Source of the DNA: Carcharhinus amblyrhynchos
Lineage: Eukaryota
Direction of reading: 5' to 3'
Assembly: GCA_965287045.1 (NCBI GenBank)
Contig: OZ336883.1
Coordinates: 15,872,001-15,936,000 of the forward strand
DNA length: 64,000 bases
In this document: piece by piece, positions 34,171-47,700 of the stretch
Layout: every line of letters starts with the position of its first letter
Position numbering within the stretch: position 1 is the stretch's first letter
Program-made: the position numbers and the translations under genes
The notes under the pieces: generated by a model
Told to the model about the DNA's origin: nothing
The model's input: the letters and a program-made list of their open reading frames with translations, nothing else
Databases searched by the model: none

Positions 34171-36351
34171 CCGTCTATACTGGTTTACAACGTGTTAGCT
34201 GGATTGCCAGTGGGATAGGACATTCTAATCAGGTCTATGCCAGTACTGTTCCTCTTGCTTGACCATCAAATTTTAGATGGCCCCAAACTAGGATTCTCAA
34301 TACTGTCAATAGGAGACAACACTGGGTTTAAACTAAGTCTCAGGGGCAAAATTGTCAATGTGACAGACAGCACACTATTCCTTTGTCTCAACTGCATTTG
34401 TACTAGCTTTGAGAAGTGAAGGGGAAGGGCGGATCATATATCATTCCAGCATCCATTTGCCTCAATGCTACACTCTAATACTCCAAACGGAGACTCACTG
34501 TAAGGTAACTCAGTGGAAGACTGATGATTAACTGAATGTGCCAATCATAAACTTTACTCATCTGTGGAGCTTTCCGTTCTTATGTGCAGTAACTCCCCAT
34601 AAAGATATGGTGAAAGACTCGAGCGTTGAGAAGCAGCAGCAGATTTGAACAAAGGAATTCTAAATGCTAAAGACAGCGCAACGCTCATTTGAGTTGTGCT
34701 TCATCCTGTTGGCTAGGCTACCCCTCGCGGCAGAAACCCATTGCCGACGGAAAAGGATTTCGAACAGGGCGTCGTGTATAAATATTTGTCACAAATAAAT
34801 ACACCTGTCATTGTTTAGTTAGCTCTGTCAGTTCTCAGTGCGCCCACTGGATGGAGCACTCCACAGTGCCAGGATACTCCACCGTCGATGACGAAGGCAG
34901 GGCAGGGTTGATGAGAAAGCTAATCGGATTGACTCATTCACTTTAAAGGGACCCAGTAATCAGGAACCTCTGTGCAAAGTAACATTAATTCATGCCCAAA
35001 TAGGTCAATTTGGAGCCAACGAAAATGATGGAAGGAGCAGAGCCTATCTTCACTTTCACCACTGCAATGTTTGGAGCAATCTTCCAGATAAGAAACAGAT
35101 TCGGAAGTCTATAACTGGCTGTATTGACAATTCCTCCCTGCTCTGTTTCCGCCTATATTTTGGATTCCTCCAAAATTGGTCGTGTGCCATATCTCCCTGG
35201 ATGTGTAAATTGCTGATATCCTGTCTGAGGCAACAAAAAAAAATGATGTTTTAATAAACTGAAAATATCAAAAAGTGAAGGACGCAAAAGTAGGGAGTTT
35301 ATCAAAGTAAAAACAGGTTGGATTTATCACACGGTGAATCGCATTTCGCTGTGCTAAATTCCAGTTAAGCACACACTTCATAATCGCCCAATCACCGACT
35401 TTGGAAATGAAGAAATGGAGAGGGCAACTTGTTAAGAATGATTTTCACAGCGCTACCATTTTGTGCGTGTACAAAAGCAACAACTGAATCCAAATCAATA
35501 TGAATACAAACCAAAAGATCAATGAAAGCTAATTGAATGGACGGTCACGTAATATGTTGTTTTTAATATTGTATAATTCATGATACTGGTAATTTTAGAT
35601 TTTTATTCTTTCCAGTTTTATAAGCCAGGTTTTAACGGATCGTTCAGACTCTCATTTTGGAACTAAGCTGGGAGATTTAGAACTGTAGCTCGTCCTTTCC
35701 TTTCAAATCATCATGTTAAATTATACTTTATTCCAAATTGCAGATTAGTTGATAGTGTTAGTTCCGAGAACATAAAAGCCATAGCTGGGAAAAGGAGACT
35801 GTCCTGTTCTTTCATTCAATTCTCATTACTCAGCCTCCCCCTCTTCTGAATGTCAAATACTTGCCACGAAGGCGGAACCTTCCGGAGCAGTGGAACACGT
35901 CGAGAGCGACAGTGACAAATAGTCACCAAATTACAATGACTTCTGGCAAAAATTAAGTTCAAAAAGGACACAAGCAATGATCAGTGAAGGAAAAGGGAGC
36001 TGCTGTTAATTTTCTCTCCTGGTGAAATAACGTTTTCACAGGTGAACGAGCCCCAGTGCGGGAGCACTTGACAGAGTTTCATCAGCACTGAGAGGGAGCT
36101 GACATGTTGGAAGTGTGGATGGACACAAAAACAAATGAGACAGCAAAGCCTCGGTTTGCTGATCTGTCTATCAGTCAGCTGCAATACTACCTTGCTCCCA
36201 ACAGAAGATGCTGTTGCCTCTCTTTATTTACCACATTGATTGAGGTGGCTGTTGCTTACATAGTTGATCGTAATGTAGACTGTATCATACATGGTGATGT
36301 ACTTCAACCATGATTTCTAGAGGCAGCATTTGAAATCGGCTAATTTATATG

Positions 36352-36820
36352 ATCATATGGCCATAAGACATAGGAGCAGAATTAAGCCACTCGGCCCATC
36401 GAGTCTGCTCTGCCATTTAATCATGGCTGATACTTTTCTCAACCCCATTCTCCAGCCTTGTCCCCATAACCGCCGATCTCCTTATTAATCAAGAACCTAT
36501 CTATCTCTGTCTTAAAGGCACTCAATAACCTGGCCTCCACAGCCTTCTGCGGCAAAGAGTTCCACACATTCACCACTCTCTGGCTGATGAAATTGCTCCT
36601 CATTTCTGTTTTAAAGGATCGCCCTTTTAGCCTGAGATTGTGCCCTCTGGTTCTAGTTTTTCCAACGAGTGGAAACATCCTCTCCATGTCCACTCTATCC
36701 AGGCCTTGCAGTATCCTGTAAGTTTCAATAATATCCTCCTCGTCCTTCTGAACTCCAATGAATGCAGACTCAAAGTCCTCAACCATTCCTCATACAACAA
36801 GCTCTTCATTCTTGTGAACT
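36352..36820 (-). mobile_element. CR1 LINE 3' fragment
   Basis: ORF 36439..36786- ETYRILQGLDRVD..TRTRGHNLRL..FISQRVVNVWNSLP. Confidence 0.92.
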
Positions 36821-37069
36821 GTTAATTTGCAGCCTTGGCCAAATTAAATAGCCCAGCTTCTTCAACACCTAAAGTAAGCTTCTTCAACACCTTTATTTAG
36901 ATGTTCATTATCATTATGACTTGATAATCACAAACGACATTGTTGTGCTTTTCCCTCCAAAGTGTTTCCTTTCAAATTTTAATGATTTTACGATCTTTCC
37001 CTTAATTTCATGTTGGGATATCTATCACTGCCGATAATCATACCAGTAGAAATGGAAAAGAGCTCTATA

Positions 37070-37355
37070 AGTTTATTTATTAGTGTCACAAGTAGGCTTA
37101 CGTTAACACTGCAATGAAGTTACTATGAAAATCCCCTAGTCGTCACACTTCAGCGCCTGTCTGGGTACCCTGAGGAGAATTTAGCATGGCCAATGCATCT
37201 AACCAGCACAAATTTCGGACTATGGGAGGAAAATGAAACATCTGGAGGAAACCCACACAGACCATGTGCAGACTCTGCACAGACAATGACCTAAACCGGG
37301 AATCAAACCTGGGATCCCTGGCGCTGTGGGACATCAGTGCTAACCACTATGTCAC
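37070..37355 (-). mobile_element. V-SINE tail-2
   Basis: Full-length reverse copy. Confidence 0.9.
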
Positions 37356-37547
37356 CCTCAACTCCTGAACTCCACTCCAGACTTCACTGAGAATCCTGGT
37401 TTGCGACTGGATATGCGGCCTTTTGCATTTAAATTTTAAAAAATTTGATTTCCCAGTGGTGAGTCTCCAGCCACACCCTATCCCTACTCGGGGAAGGGAG
37501 GCAACATTTCCTGAGCATCTGCCAATGCCACTCTACAGTTGAACTGA

Positions 37548-38432
37548 CGACATGAAGGCTGGCAGTGTTGTGGATAGTCTGGAGGGATGTCAGAAGTTGC
37601 AGTGAGACATAGATAGGATGCAAGATTGGGCGGAGAAGTGGCAGATGGACTTCAATACGGATAAATGTGTAGTGGTCCATTTTGGCAGGTCCAATGGGAT
37701 GAAGGAGTACAATATCAAGGGTAGGAGTCTTAGCAGTTTTGAGGAGCAGAAGGACCTTGGGGTTCGGGTCCATACAACTCATAAATCGGCCTCGCAGGTG
37801 GAGGATGTGGTCAAGAAGGAGTATGGTGTGCAAGCCTTCATTAATCGAGGGATTGAGTTTAGGAATCGGGAGGTAATGCTGCAACTTTAGAAGACCCTTG
37901 TCAGATCCCACTTGGAGTACTGTGCGCAGTTCTGGTCGCCTCACTACAAGAAGGACGCGGAAGCTATTGAGAGGGTGCAGAGGAGACTTACCAGGATGTT
38001 GCCTGGATTGGGAGGCATGCCTTATGAAGATAGGTTGAGGAAGCTAGGTCTCTTCTCCCCAGAGAAACGAAGATTGAGAGGCGACCCGATAGAGGTTTAT
38101 AAAATGTTGAGAGGAATAGATAGGGTGGATTCTCGGAGGCTATTTCCCAGGGCTGAAATGGTCACTACAAGGGGACACAGGTTTAAGGTGCTGGGGACCA
38201 GGTACAGAGGAGATGTCAAGGGTGAGTTTTTCACTCAGAGGGTGGTGAGTGAGTGGAACCGGCTGCCGTTGTTGGTGGTAGAGGCGAACTCACTGAGGGT
38301 TTTTAAGAGACTTCTGGATGAGTACATGGGATTGAGAGTTATAGATAGGCCTGGTAGGTATGGATATGATCGGCGCAACTTGTGTGTCGACGGGCCTGTT
38401 TGTGCTGTAGCATTCTATGTTCTATGTTCTAT
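37548..38432 (+). mobile_element. CR1 LINE 3' fragment, truncated at the RT DD motif
   Basis: ORFs 37618 and 37912: WAEKWQMDFNTDKC..EYCAQFWSPHYKKD..FFTQRVV..WNRLP; (ttctatg)n tail. Confidence 0.95.
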
Positions 38433-38784
38433 GATGTGAACTGGTGGGCTGAACTCCCTCCCCTTCTGATGTCTTTTTTTTACCCAACCCTGTCAAGAGA
38501 AAGGATAGGTCTCACGTTTGCCTTGCATGGCGATTTCCTATTTTACAACCCATGCCTCATTTCCCAAGGTGAAAAAGAAAATTTGACAAAGTATAAAATA
38601 GATGATTACGTCCCCATCCCCCACCCATGGTTTCACACCTGCCCCTCAGTGACAAAGCAGCTGAGGTCACACTGTATTCTAGTTCAGCTGAAAGGTTCTG
38701 AATGATTACGATGGAATTGCTGTTATTTTGTGAAGCATGAATTTGTAATTTGCTTCTTAGGAAATGCAAAGTGCAGCTCGTATG

Positions 38785-39073
38785 AGCAGTGGCCCAGTGG
38801 TCAGCACTGCTACCTCACAATGCAAGGGACCCGGGTTCGAATCCCAGCTTGGGTCACTGTCTGTGTGGCGTGTGCATATTCTTCCCGCGTCTGCGTGGAT
38901 TTCCTCCCAGTTCCCATAGGTCTGAAAGCCATGCTGGTTAGGTGCATTGGCCATACCAAATTCTCCCTCAGTGTACCCGAATAGGCACCAGATTGTGGCA
39001 ACTAGGTGACTTTCATAGTAACTTCATTGCAGTCTTAATATAAGCCTACTTGTGACACTAATGAATAAACTTT
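38785..39073 (+). mobile_element. V-SINE tail-2
   Basis: Head, core and tail-2 present. Confidence 0.88.
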
Positions 39074-39074
39074 T

Positions 39075-39290
39075 AAACATGCACTTATATTGTACTTATC
39101 ACATCTCAGAAACATCCTGAAGTATTTCAGACACAATAGATTATTTTGAAGGGAGTCCACATTTGTTTTGCAAGCAAAAACATCGGTCATTTTACACATT
39201 GCTGAATCCCATAATCAACAGTCAAATTAATCATTTTCTTGGTAATGTTGGATTGTTCCATAGCAGAAAGAATATTGACCAGGATGCTAT
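39075..39290 (-). mobile_element. DeuSINE 3' half (degraded)
   Basis: Similar to the reverse complement of 18830-19000 and to 60410-60570. Confidence 0.45.
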
Positions 39291-39844
39291 ACTCCTGATA
39301 GCAAGTTAGTAGAGGAATAATCCAAAGTCAGTATTTACTTGGGTTAGATTTATTCATCAGATAGAACATTACAGCTATATATATTCGAACACTACTTCTT
39401 TCTTGTGGTAGTCAGTGTCTCTTTATAGGTGTTCAAGTAGCCATTCTTTATTGTTCAATGCTTTCTGGTTTGTTTCATCTGTGTTTGATTATGCTTGTCT
39501 GGTCACTCATTCTTGTCCATTTGTTGGATTGCTTAAGTCCATGGGTGGAGGTCGATTATTGACACCAAACTGGGGATGTTTCTGGAATATAAATAACAAA
39601 GATCATGTGTGTTGTAAATTCTGTAAGCTTTGATATGTCTTGAAGTATTTTACATTAAGAGTTAGGAATAGAATCATCGTTGGACTGTCCTCCGATAATT
39701 CAGTCATCAAAAATATAGAGCAACCCAGCCAACACATAACAATAAACTTGGCCACAAAGATGGTTGAGAAAAGTTTAACTTTACCAGATCTGGAACAATT
39801 TCCTGCATTGCTGGGAGACATTTCCATGTCATGGGCATAATTGA

Positions 39845-40135
39845 AGTTTATTTATTAGTGTCACATGTAGGCTTACATTAACATTGTCATGAAGTTACTG
39901 TGAAAATCCCCTCATCACCGCACTCCAGTGCCTGTTCAGGTACACTGAGGGAGAATTTAGCATGGCCATTCAACCGAACTCACACATCTTTGGAGTATGA
40001 GAGGAAACTGGAGCACCCAGATGAAACCCACACAGACAAAGCCAGAATATACAAAATCCACACAGACAGTAACCCAAGCTGGGAATCGAACCTGGGTCCC
40101 TGGTGCTGTGAGGCAGCAGTGTTAGCCACTGTGCC
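39845..40135 (-). mobile_element. V-SINE tail-2 inserted in Gypsy gag
   Basis: Full-length reverse copy. Confidence 0.9.
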
Positions 40136-40944
40136 AAGACCTACTTGATCACTGAAGGGATGGAAAATCCAGATATAGCAGCAATTGAGAAGAAGGCAAT
40201 ACTCACACATCCTCTTGGAATAAAAGGCCTGTCAATATTTGAGCACTCACAGAAGCTACATTAACATTTGTTATAAAATACATTGGGCTGAAGAAAAAGG
40301 TGATGATCGAATGACATACATTCTGTTGGAGATTCCAGTGAAATGGTGAATCCAGTGAACAAGATGTTGCAGCAATTGTGGCAATTGGCAATTGAAGTAA
40401 ATTTTGCATCCTAACCAAAGAACTAATTCATGCATAATTATTGAAAAGATTTCAATTCTATGAATGAAGGAATGCCTTTGCATAGATGACGATGATTTAA
40501 CCTTGGAAAAAGTTACAACCTTATGATCATATGAATTAGGATCATTACAGATATAAATTTCCTGACACTACCTCATTCTTGTGGCAGTAGGTGTCACTTT
40601 ATATATGTTCAAGTAACCTTTTTTTCACTTGTTCAATGGTTTGTGGTTTGTTTCATCTGTGTTTGACTATGTTAGTCTAGTCACTGATTTTGTCCATTGT
40701 TAGATTGCTTAAGCCTGTGGTTGGAAGTTGAGAGAAAATTATTGACATCAAACCTGGGATGTTTCAGAAAGGATCTGGGATATAATAAAGACCATGTGTG
40801 TTGGAAATCCTGTAAGTTCTGAGACGTCTTAATGTTTTGTACATAAAGGATTAGATTTAGAGCCATCACTGCATTGTTATGGGATAATTCAATCATCTAA
40901 GCTGTAGAGCAATCCAGCCAACACATAACAATAAACTTGGCTCC

Positions 40945-41250
40945 TTGAACCTTCTCTGTCATTCAATAAAATAATGGCTGACCTGATGATAACTTCGACA
41001 TCACATTACCCCCAATAACCTTTCATCTCTTTCTTATCAAGAATCTATCTACTTCTGCCTTAAAAATATTCAAAGACTGCCTTTTGAGTAAGAGAATTCT
41101 AAAGACTCATGCCCTCCGAGAGAAAAAAGTTCTCATCATCTGCACCTTAAATGACCGACTCCTCATTTTTAAACTGTGACCCCCTAATTGTAAATTCTCC
41201 CACAAGAGGAAGCATTTTTTCTACGTCCGCCATGTCATCCCTCAGGATTC
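40945..41250 (-). mobile_element. CR1 3' fragment
   Basis: atcaagaatctatctac..ttaaaaatattcaaagac..tttaaactgtgacccc. Confidence 0.7.
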
Positions 41251-41959
41251 TAGCACCATGCCAGTCCAAATCAAATTTGCCTTGTTAATTTTTTTAAGAG
41301 ATAATACAGAAATGCACCTTCCGATTCAAGGTTGCAGACGCAGTTTTTTCCAACCAGCTCAAGTGCAACGGTTTATGGACAAAGAGGCCTGAGCATTCTG
41401 GACAGCAGTTGCTCCATCACAGATTGAAGGGACTGTTGTATCTCGAATGTTGTTTCTGTACTTAGAGCAAACATGCAAGTTGAATACTAAGGAAAAAAGG
41501 GGAGAAGGTATAGTGTTGAATGGTTTGTTTCATCTGTGTTTGATTATGCTAATATACTATTTAATCCTTGTACACTTGTTGCTTGATTGTTTAAATCTGT
41601 GAGTAGAACTAAAGGATAAAGTACTGACAATACAATTGGACTGTTCCAGAAGGGATTCAGGATCAAGTAATTATCATATGTTTGGGCAATCCTGTAAGTT
41701 CTGAGATGTTGTAAAATACTGTACATTAAGAGTTAGTACTAGAGGCTTCACTGCATTGTTTTGAGATAATTCTGTCATCTAAGATATACTCCAACCCCGT
41801 GCAAATGTAACGTATCCCATCAATGTCCTCTACCTATATGTATTTAATGTTGATGAATACAATCAATGCAGGTCACCATAAGATCCCTTCAATAATTTTT
41901 TTGAGAAGTGGTTTACCATCTTACCTGTAAATGATATTTGTTTAATATTGTTTGCTGGA

Positions 41960-43220
41960 ATCATAGGATTATAGAATGGTTACAGCACTGAAAGGGGCTA
42001 TCCAGCCTTCATGTCCCTGTTGGTTGTCTGCAAGAACAATTCAGCTCATCCCACTCTCTACCTTTCCCTGTAAACCTGCAAAATTTCTTCTTTTTGCAGT
42101 CCAATTAGGACTGAGATAAAGAGGAATTTCTTCAGTCAAAGGGTGTCGAATCTTAGAAATTCTCTTTTGAAAGCTGTGATTGACTTTACTTCCAACACAT
42201 GCTAAGGGAGTGAATTCTGAATCCTCTCCACTTGCTATGTAGAAAGATTTTTTTTGCATTTTTCTGTTAGCCTTTTTGCCATTCACTTCAGTTGATGTCT
42301 CCTGGTTCTCAAGGCTTCCAGCACAGGGAGCAGCTTCTCTCTATCTACCTGCTCAGATGCCTCATGACTTTGAACACGTCTATCAAAATTCTCTTCTCAA
42401 TGGAGAAAAACAGCAGCTCTTCCGATCTATCAAAGTAGATGAACTCCTCATCCCTAGAACCATTCTTGTAAATCTTTTCTGCACCCTTTGGAATGCCTAC
42501 ACATCCTTCTTAAGTTAAATACCCAGAACTAGAAACAAAACTCCACTTGAGACTGAACCAATGCTTTTAAGAGGTTCACCATAACTTTTGTGCTCGATGC
42601 ATCTATTTATAACTACAGTCGATTGTGAATGAAGCCCAGCCCATCATGCAAACCAGCCTCCAATCCATTAACTCTGTCTACACTTCAGCTGCCTTGGAAA
42701 AGCAGCCAGCATAATCAAGGACCCCATGCACCCCAGACATTCTCTCTCCCACCTTTGTCTGTCAGGAACATGAAACAAAAGTTGTGTAGCAACAGACTAA
42801 AGAACAGCTTCTCTGCTGCCATCAAACTTTTGAATGGCCCTATCATATATTAAGTTGCTCTTTCTCTATGCCCTAGCTATGGCTGTAATATTATATTCTG
42901 CACACTCTCCTTTCCTTGTCCCCTCTATACTCTATGAATGGTATGTTTTAGCTGTATAGCATGCAAGAAAAATATTTTACAATGTATATCAACACATGTG
43001 ACAATAATAAATCAAGTCAAAATTATAAAAGCCAAGACCATGTATACCTTATTAACCATTTTATCAATCTACCCTGTTACCTTCAATGATTTTAGAATTG
43101 TGTTACTATTTGCCTCTTTTCATTCTTCTTGAGAAAATACATCAGTTTCCACTTGCCAGCATCAAATTTCATTTGCCACATGTCTACCCATATCATCAGC
43201 CTGTCTATGTTCTCTTGAAG
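41960..43220 (-). mobile_element. Old CR1 fragment interrupted by Rex1/Babar (42612-43020)
   Basis: atcatag..atagaatggttacagcac tail; cattcttgtaaatcttttctgcaccct; resumes with atttcatttgccaca (WQMKF). Confidence 0.7.
42612..43020 (+). mobile_element. Rex1/Babar LINE 3' end
   Basis: SINSVYTSAALEKQ../KAASIIKDPMHP..KNSF.AAIKLLN; ends catgtgacaataataaatc. Confidence 0.85.
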
Positions 43221-43261
43221 AGTTAACATTTCCAGTCAGTGGCCTTCCATCAGAATTATAT

Positions 43262-43628
43262 GGGAGGTGATGGTCGAGTGGTATTATTGCTAGACTATAA
43301 ATCCAGAAACTCAGTTAATATTCTTGGGACCCGAGTTCAAATCCCACTATAGCAGATGGTGCAATTTGAATTCCATAAAACTAATATCTGACATTAAGAA
43401 TCTACTGACGACCACGAAACCATGTCAATTGCTGTAAAAACCCATCTGGTTCACTAATGTCCTTTCGGGAAGGAAATCTGCCATCCTTATCTGGTCTGGC
43501 CTACATGTGACTCCAGGGCCACAGCAATGTGGTTGACTCTCAACTGCTCTTGGGCAACTAGGGATGGGCAACAAATGCTGGCCAGCCAATGACACCCATG
43601 TCCCATGAATGAATATATATAAAAAAAG
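43262..43628 (+). mobile_element. tRNA-derived SINE family B
   Basis: Full-length; lies between degraded inverted PLE family-2 tails (43220-43256 and 43635-43750). Confidence 0.9.
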
Positions 43629-43789
43629 AATTGTTGAATGAAATAAGGCCATCATCCTGAAACATTATCCTTGATCCTCTCTGCATGGTTGCTGCCTGAT
43701 CTCAGAATTTATCATTTCAAAGTCTGGTTTCCAGCATTCATAAAGTTTTGCACAACAGAATGCTGATAGGTATGGAATGTTTGCTGATG

Positions 43790-44450
43790 TGCCATAAGAT
43801 GTGTATGAGCATGAAGAATCCAGCACCCACTTGACGCCGAGCTTTGCACAGACCCTTCAGTCCATCCTGTTCAGCAGGAGAGAGGAAGATAGCTCCATGA
43901 GAACATTTAAGGAGTCATCCATGATGCTGTATCTGATGGTTGATGTTTCAGTTTCCATTTCAACACAAGCAGAAGCCACCCCACATTTGGTTGTTGCTGC
44001 AGAAGCTCGGACAGTTGTCATGCAATGTCAACTTGCAGCTTTAGGCTGCTGCCCTCATAGTTGCAGATAGGTGTGCAAAGGGGTTTTACAGGATATCATG
44101 AAAGCCCCAGTAATTTGTCCTTCAACACTTTGTCAGGGTTACTGTGGTTCATTCTAGGGAGTGGCAGCAGCATTTTGGAGCGCATACTTGCTGTTCGCTC
44201 TAAATGATAGCTTTTATCCTGCCACAGCTATTTTGTCAGCACCCTTGCCATTGCCTGTCAGACACATGGCCATATTGCTTTGTCCATGCCAAGACGGTGG
44301 AGTTCAAATCTGGACTGTCTAGAGTTGGAGATGATTGAGATAGTGTTACACAACAACATGTAGTTTCCCTTAGTGAAAGTCAGTTGCCTTCCATTAGTCA
44401 TGCTGCGATCATTTGTTCAACACTGAGTAGAAGCACAAGATAGGTAAAGG
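43790..44450 (-). mobile_element. Possible highly decayed Gypsy gag-protease fragment
   Basis: Minus-strand PICNYEGSSLKLQVDIA resembles the aspartic protease DTG context. Confidence 0.35.
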
Positions 44451-45367
44451 CACATGGAAGAAAGCGTGGACGGAGAAAGAGCAGCTACAATAATTTAACA
44501 GCAATAATGGAAATAGTGGCTTTAAAATGACTTTTCTGGCTGAGAATTAAGCATGCTGGGATTTTATGTCAACTTATAGTTAAAACCAGGTGCAGGTCAC
44601 AAAGTTGCTATGGGTACAGTTCTAGTCTGGGAGCTATGACATGAAGCATCCTATGTTGGCCAAATAAAGGAAGTTGTTTACATTTGATCCAGATATTGTA
44701 GCTTTGATTTATATGTCTGTTATTTCTGGTACATGTCAAATGAACTAAGCATAACGGCATCACTCAAAATTAATTTTACTGATCAGTTTTTGGTTACACA
44801 GTTGGCGGGATAATCTTCCGGAAACAAGTGGAGGATTGTGGATAAAAGGCATGTGCAGCCTTTGTTTGACAGGGATAACTTGGAAGAGACCAACCATCGT
44901 AAGAAGACCTATACCCTGCAGGATACTTCAGAGAAGGAGAAGATAGATTCTGCATCGAGAATATTTTTGGCCAGGTGTTCTTAAATTCAATAGAATCTAT
45001 TTTCAGTGAAATAGTTAAAGTTGATGTTCAATTCAAGTTAATATACAGTTAAGAGTTAAAGTTCAGTTGAGAGTTGATGTTCAGTTAGTTAAAGTTCAGT
45101 AAAGAGTTAGAGTTGCAACTGTTTATGTTTGAGTTGGTACCAGAAGTGTTATATAAAGAAATAGGCAAATTACTGTCCTTGTTTGTCTCATTAAACTGGA
45201 ATACTTGGAAGGTGTTTAAACTAAAAGCCAAGTAACAAAAGGCACTAAAGGGATGGACAAGAATGATGAGTTGACTGATGTTTTGAAACATTGGATTATT
45301 TGAGTTATCAATTTTGTTTGAAATGTTTGTTTTGTGGTAGGTTATATTTTGGTCAAGAGGTTTTTTT

Positions 45368-45530
45368 GGTTTGATTTGATTTATTATTGTCACATGTATT
45401 AGCCAACAGTGAAAAGTATTGTTTCTTGAGAACTATGTAGACAAAACATGCCGTTCATAGAGAAGGAAAGGAGAGAGTGCGGAATGCAGTGTTGCAGTGA
45501 TAACTGGGCTGCAGAGAAAGGTCAGCTTCA
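45368..45530 (-). mobile_element. Rex1/Babar 3' UTR fragment
   Basis: ttgatttgatttattattgtcacatgta...cagtgaaaagtattg, as at 55905. Confidence 0.8.
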
Positions 45531-45774
45531 TGCAATATCACTGTCATCTTCAGTAACAAAAAGTAATGAAGGTATGGGTCATTTGGCGAATGGGGAATCA
45601 GAGTACTGTTCACTGCAATCAGAAGCAAGGGAAGAAAGGCGTTGTCCCCTCCCTTCCCTTTTTCTTCCTCCTCCTTCTTCCTTCTCTCCTCAATCATATA
45701 TCTGTGCCTTCATGATGGAGAGATTGCACAATCATGCCAAATCTTAGCCTGTGCTCCAACAAATACTTCAGTCT

Positions 45775-46618
45775 CTGACAAGGGCGGGTGCCAAGAAAAA
45801 TGAGGGTGCAAGTGTACCTTCAAGAGATTTTTTTTTTGAAATCGTGATCTCTGAGCTCACAGCCTTAGCAGACGTCATTGTTGCTGGACTGTCTACGATA
45901 AGTCTTTTTATTGCTCCTTAAATGATTTAAATGGGAGTTGTTTATGTTTACTCAGAGATGGGCTTTTATGGCCCTGCATTGTTAGGAGGAAGGTCACGGG
46001 TTCTGGTCAGGTTTTTTCCTAGGATTTCATTCTCTGTTTTTGGTTGGCAACAGCATTCTGGTTTAGAAGAGAGTGGACATCAGACTGAATGCAGTCTCTC
46101 TCTCTCTGGACTTTGGAGGTTCTGAAGATTAGCTGAAAGGAACCTCCCTGCAGTAAAAAATCTGCTATTGATGGCTTGACCAGAATCTACATGGGTTCTG
46201 GGAAGCTGTTCTAACTTCAAACTTTTCCAAGTCTTTTAAGAAAACTATAGAGTTCATCCAAAGGACTCAATTCCAGTATCATATGAGCATTAGACTTTGC
46301 TATGTTGAACTTGTTTAAAGGGTTTTGTCTATGGAAGGTTTTGATTGGAACATCTTAGATATATTTGTTAAGTGTTATGTATTATCATAGTTGTTTTGTT
46401 TTGTTCGTAATTGATAAAAGTTATTGCTAATTTTTCTTTCTATACATGTTAACTATATTCTTAATTAAACTTTGTTTGATAAAAGCTCCCTAGAGGGTTA
46501 TTTGAATCATACCTGAAGTGAAGCATCTCATGCTTATCCCAGCCAAATTCAAAATGCAAAACTGATGATCCAGGCAGGCTCCATAAAACACTTTATATTT
46601 CTGACCTGAACTGTAACA
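45775..46618 (+). mobile_element. Probable solo LTR
   Basis: Ends ...gacctgaactgtAACA after an AT-rich poly(A)-signal region; 5' boundary uncertain. Confidence 0.45.
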
Positions 46619-47429
46619 GTGAGCAGTATCACATGAAGTCTTTGAACACTGGCAGCTGCTGTGAAGATATTGAGCATGGACCTGCATGGTTTGCCATATA
46701 TAGTTGCACATCAAAGACAAGTTGAGGGAATGAGATTCCTTCCAGTTGAGGTACCTAGTTGTGATGTGTCAGCCTATGTACCATGGGTAAGCTCAATGGG
46801 GAGAAACAAAGGAGGGATATCATCTTGGGAACCCTGGGAGGTGGGGGGTTGGTTGCCCTCCCAATGTGAATAGGGCATTATCTTAAAGACATAGCCTCCC
46901 CATTCCTTCCCCTTTTATTTTAGCAGTTTGCTTCCCACCTGTTTGCCCACGCCAACTGTATTATGGCTTGGACAGGAAAGTATTTGGATCAATTGGCTTA
47001 GTAACAAGCTTAATGAGTGGTTCAGGGAATACAGCTGAAACCATTTGATTTACTTTTATTCATTTAAGTGAAATACAATTAGATGATTTTCACTAGATGC
47101 ACACACCTAAACCCAATGTCTTGATGTTTGCTGAGCCCAAGTGATGCAGCCCCTGGCCAATAAAGACTTCAAGATATGTTATTCTCCTCACACAGATTCT
47201 ATATTTAAGTGAAAGACACAGGGTTGTTTTTACTTTTGCTTCTGCTGTTCTCATGGTAAGCCAGTTCATGGTCAATACCTCTAATGTACAGTGTGTCAAA
47301 GTGTCACTTGTTCATCAGTCAGAGAGATTCAGAGTTAATGGGTGGATCTATGACTTTTCACCCTGGGCATAAAGCTAAGCTCTGCAATTGGTTGCCAGAA
47401 CAACAGGTCATTGATATAGTGTGAGAAGG

Positions 47430-47700
47430 TAGGTTTGAAACTGAGATGAGGAGAAATTATTTCTCTCAGAGGGTTGTGAATCTATGGAACTCACTGCCTC
47501 ATAGTGCAGTGGAGGCAGAATCAGTCAACAGATTCAAGAAAGAGATAGATATGTTTCTGCTGAGAAGAGGGATAAAGGGGCTACATGGAGCAGGCAGGAA
47601 AGTGGAATTGAGACCTGGGTATGATCAGCCATGATCATGTTAAATGGTGGAGCAAGCTCAAAGAGCTGAACTGCCCACTCCCACTCCTAATTCCTACATT
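47430..47700 (+). mobile_element. CR1 3' end
   Basis: ORF 47446 MRRNYFSQRVVNLWNSLP. Confidence 0.88.

Larger units (their letters stand above)
39452..41812 (+). mobile_element. Ancient Gypsy element with three LTR copies (~39452-39741, ~40630-40930, ~41509-41812) and a gag remnant
   Basis: LTR1 is followed by PBS-like tggccacaaag and ATG (MVEKSLTLPDLEQFPALLGDISMSW); gag-like EKKAILTHPLGIKGLSIF..KKVMIE.HTF..GES at 40150-40520; PPT aaggaaaaaaggggagaagg precedes LTR3. Confidence 0.72.

Noticed and set aside
34838-34910. Possible small exon (AG...GT, CAHWMEHSTVPGYSTVDDEGRA)
   Set aside because: Weak splice donor and no recognisable protein similarity
39415-41726. Three similar blocks as tandem exons or an endogenous viral gene
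   Set aside because: No frame is conserved across the copies; PBS, gag and PPT context identifies them as LTRs
45010-45125. Short gttaaagttcag-like tandem repeats as a CRISPR-like array
   Set aside because: Degenerate low-complexity repeats without unique spacers, in eukaryotic DNA
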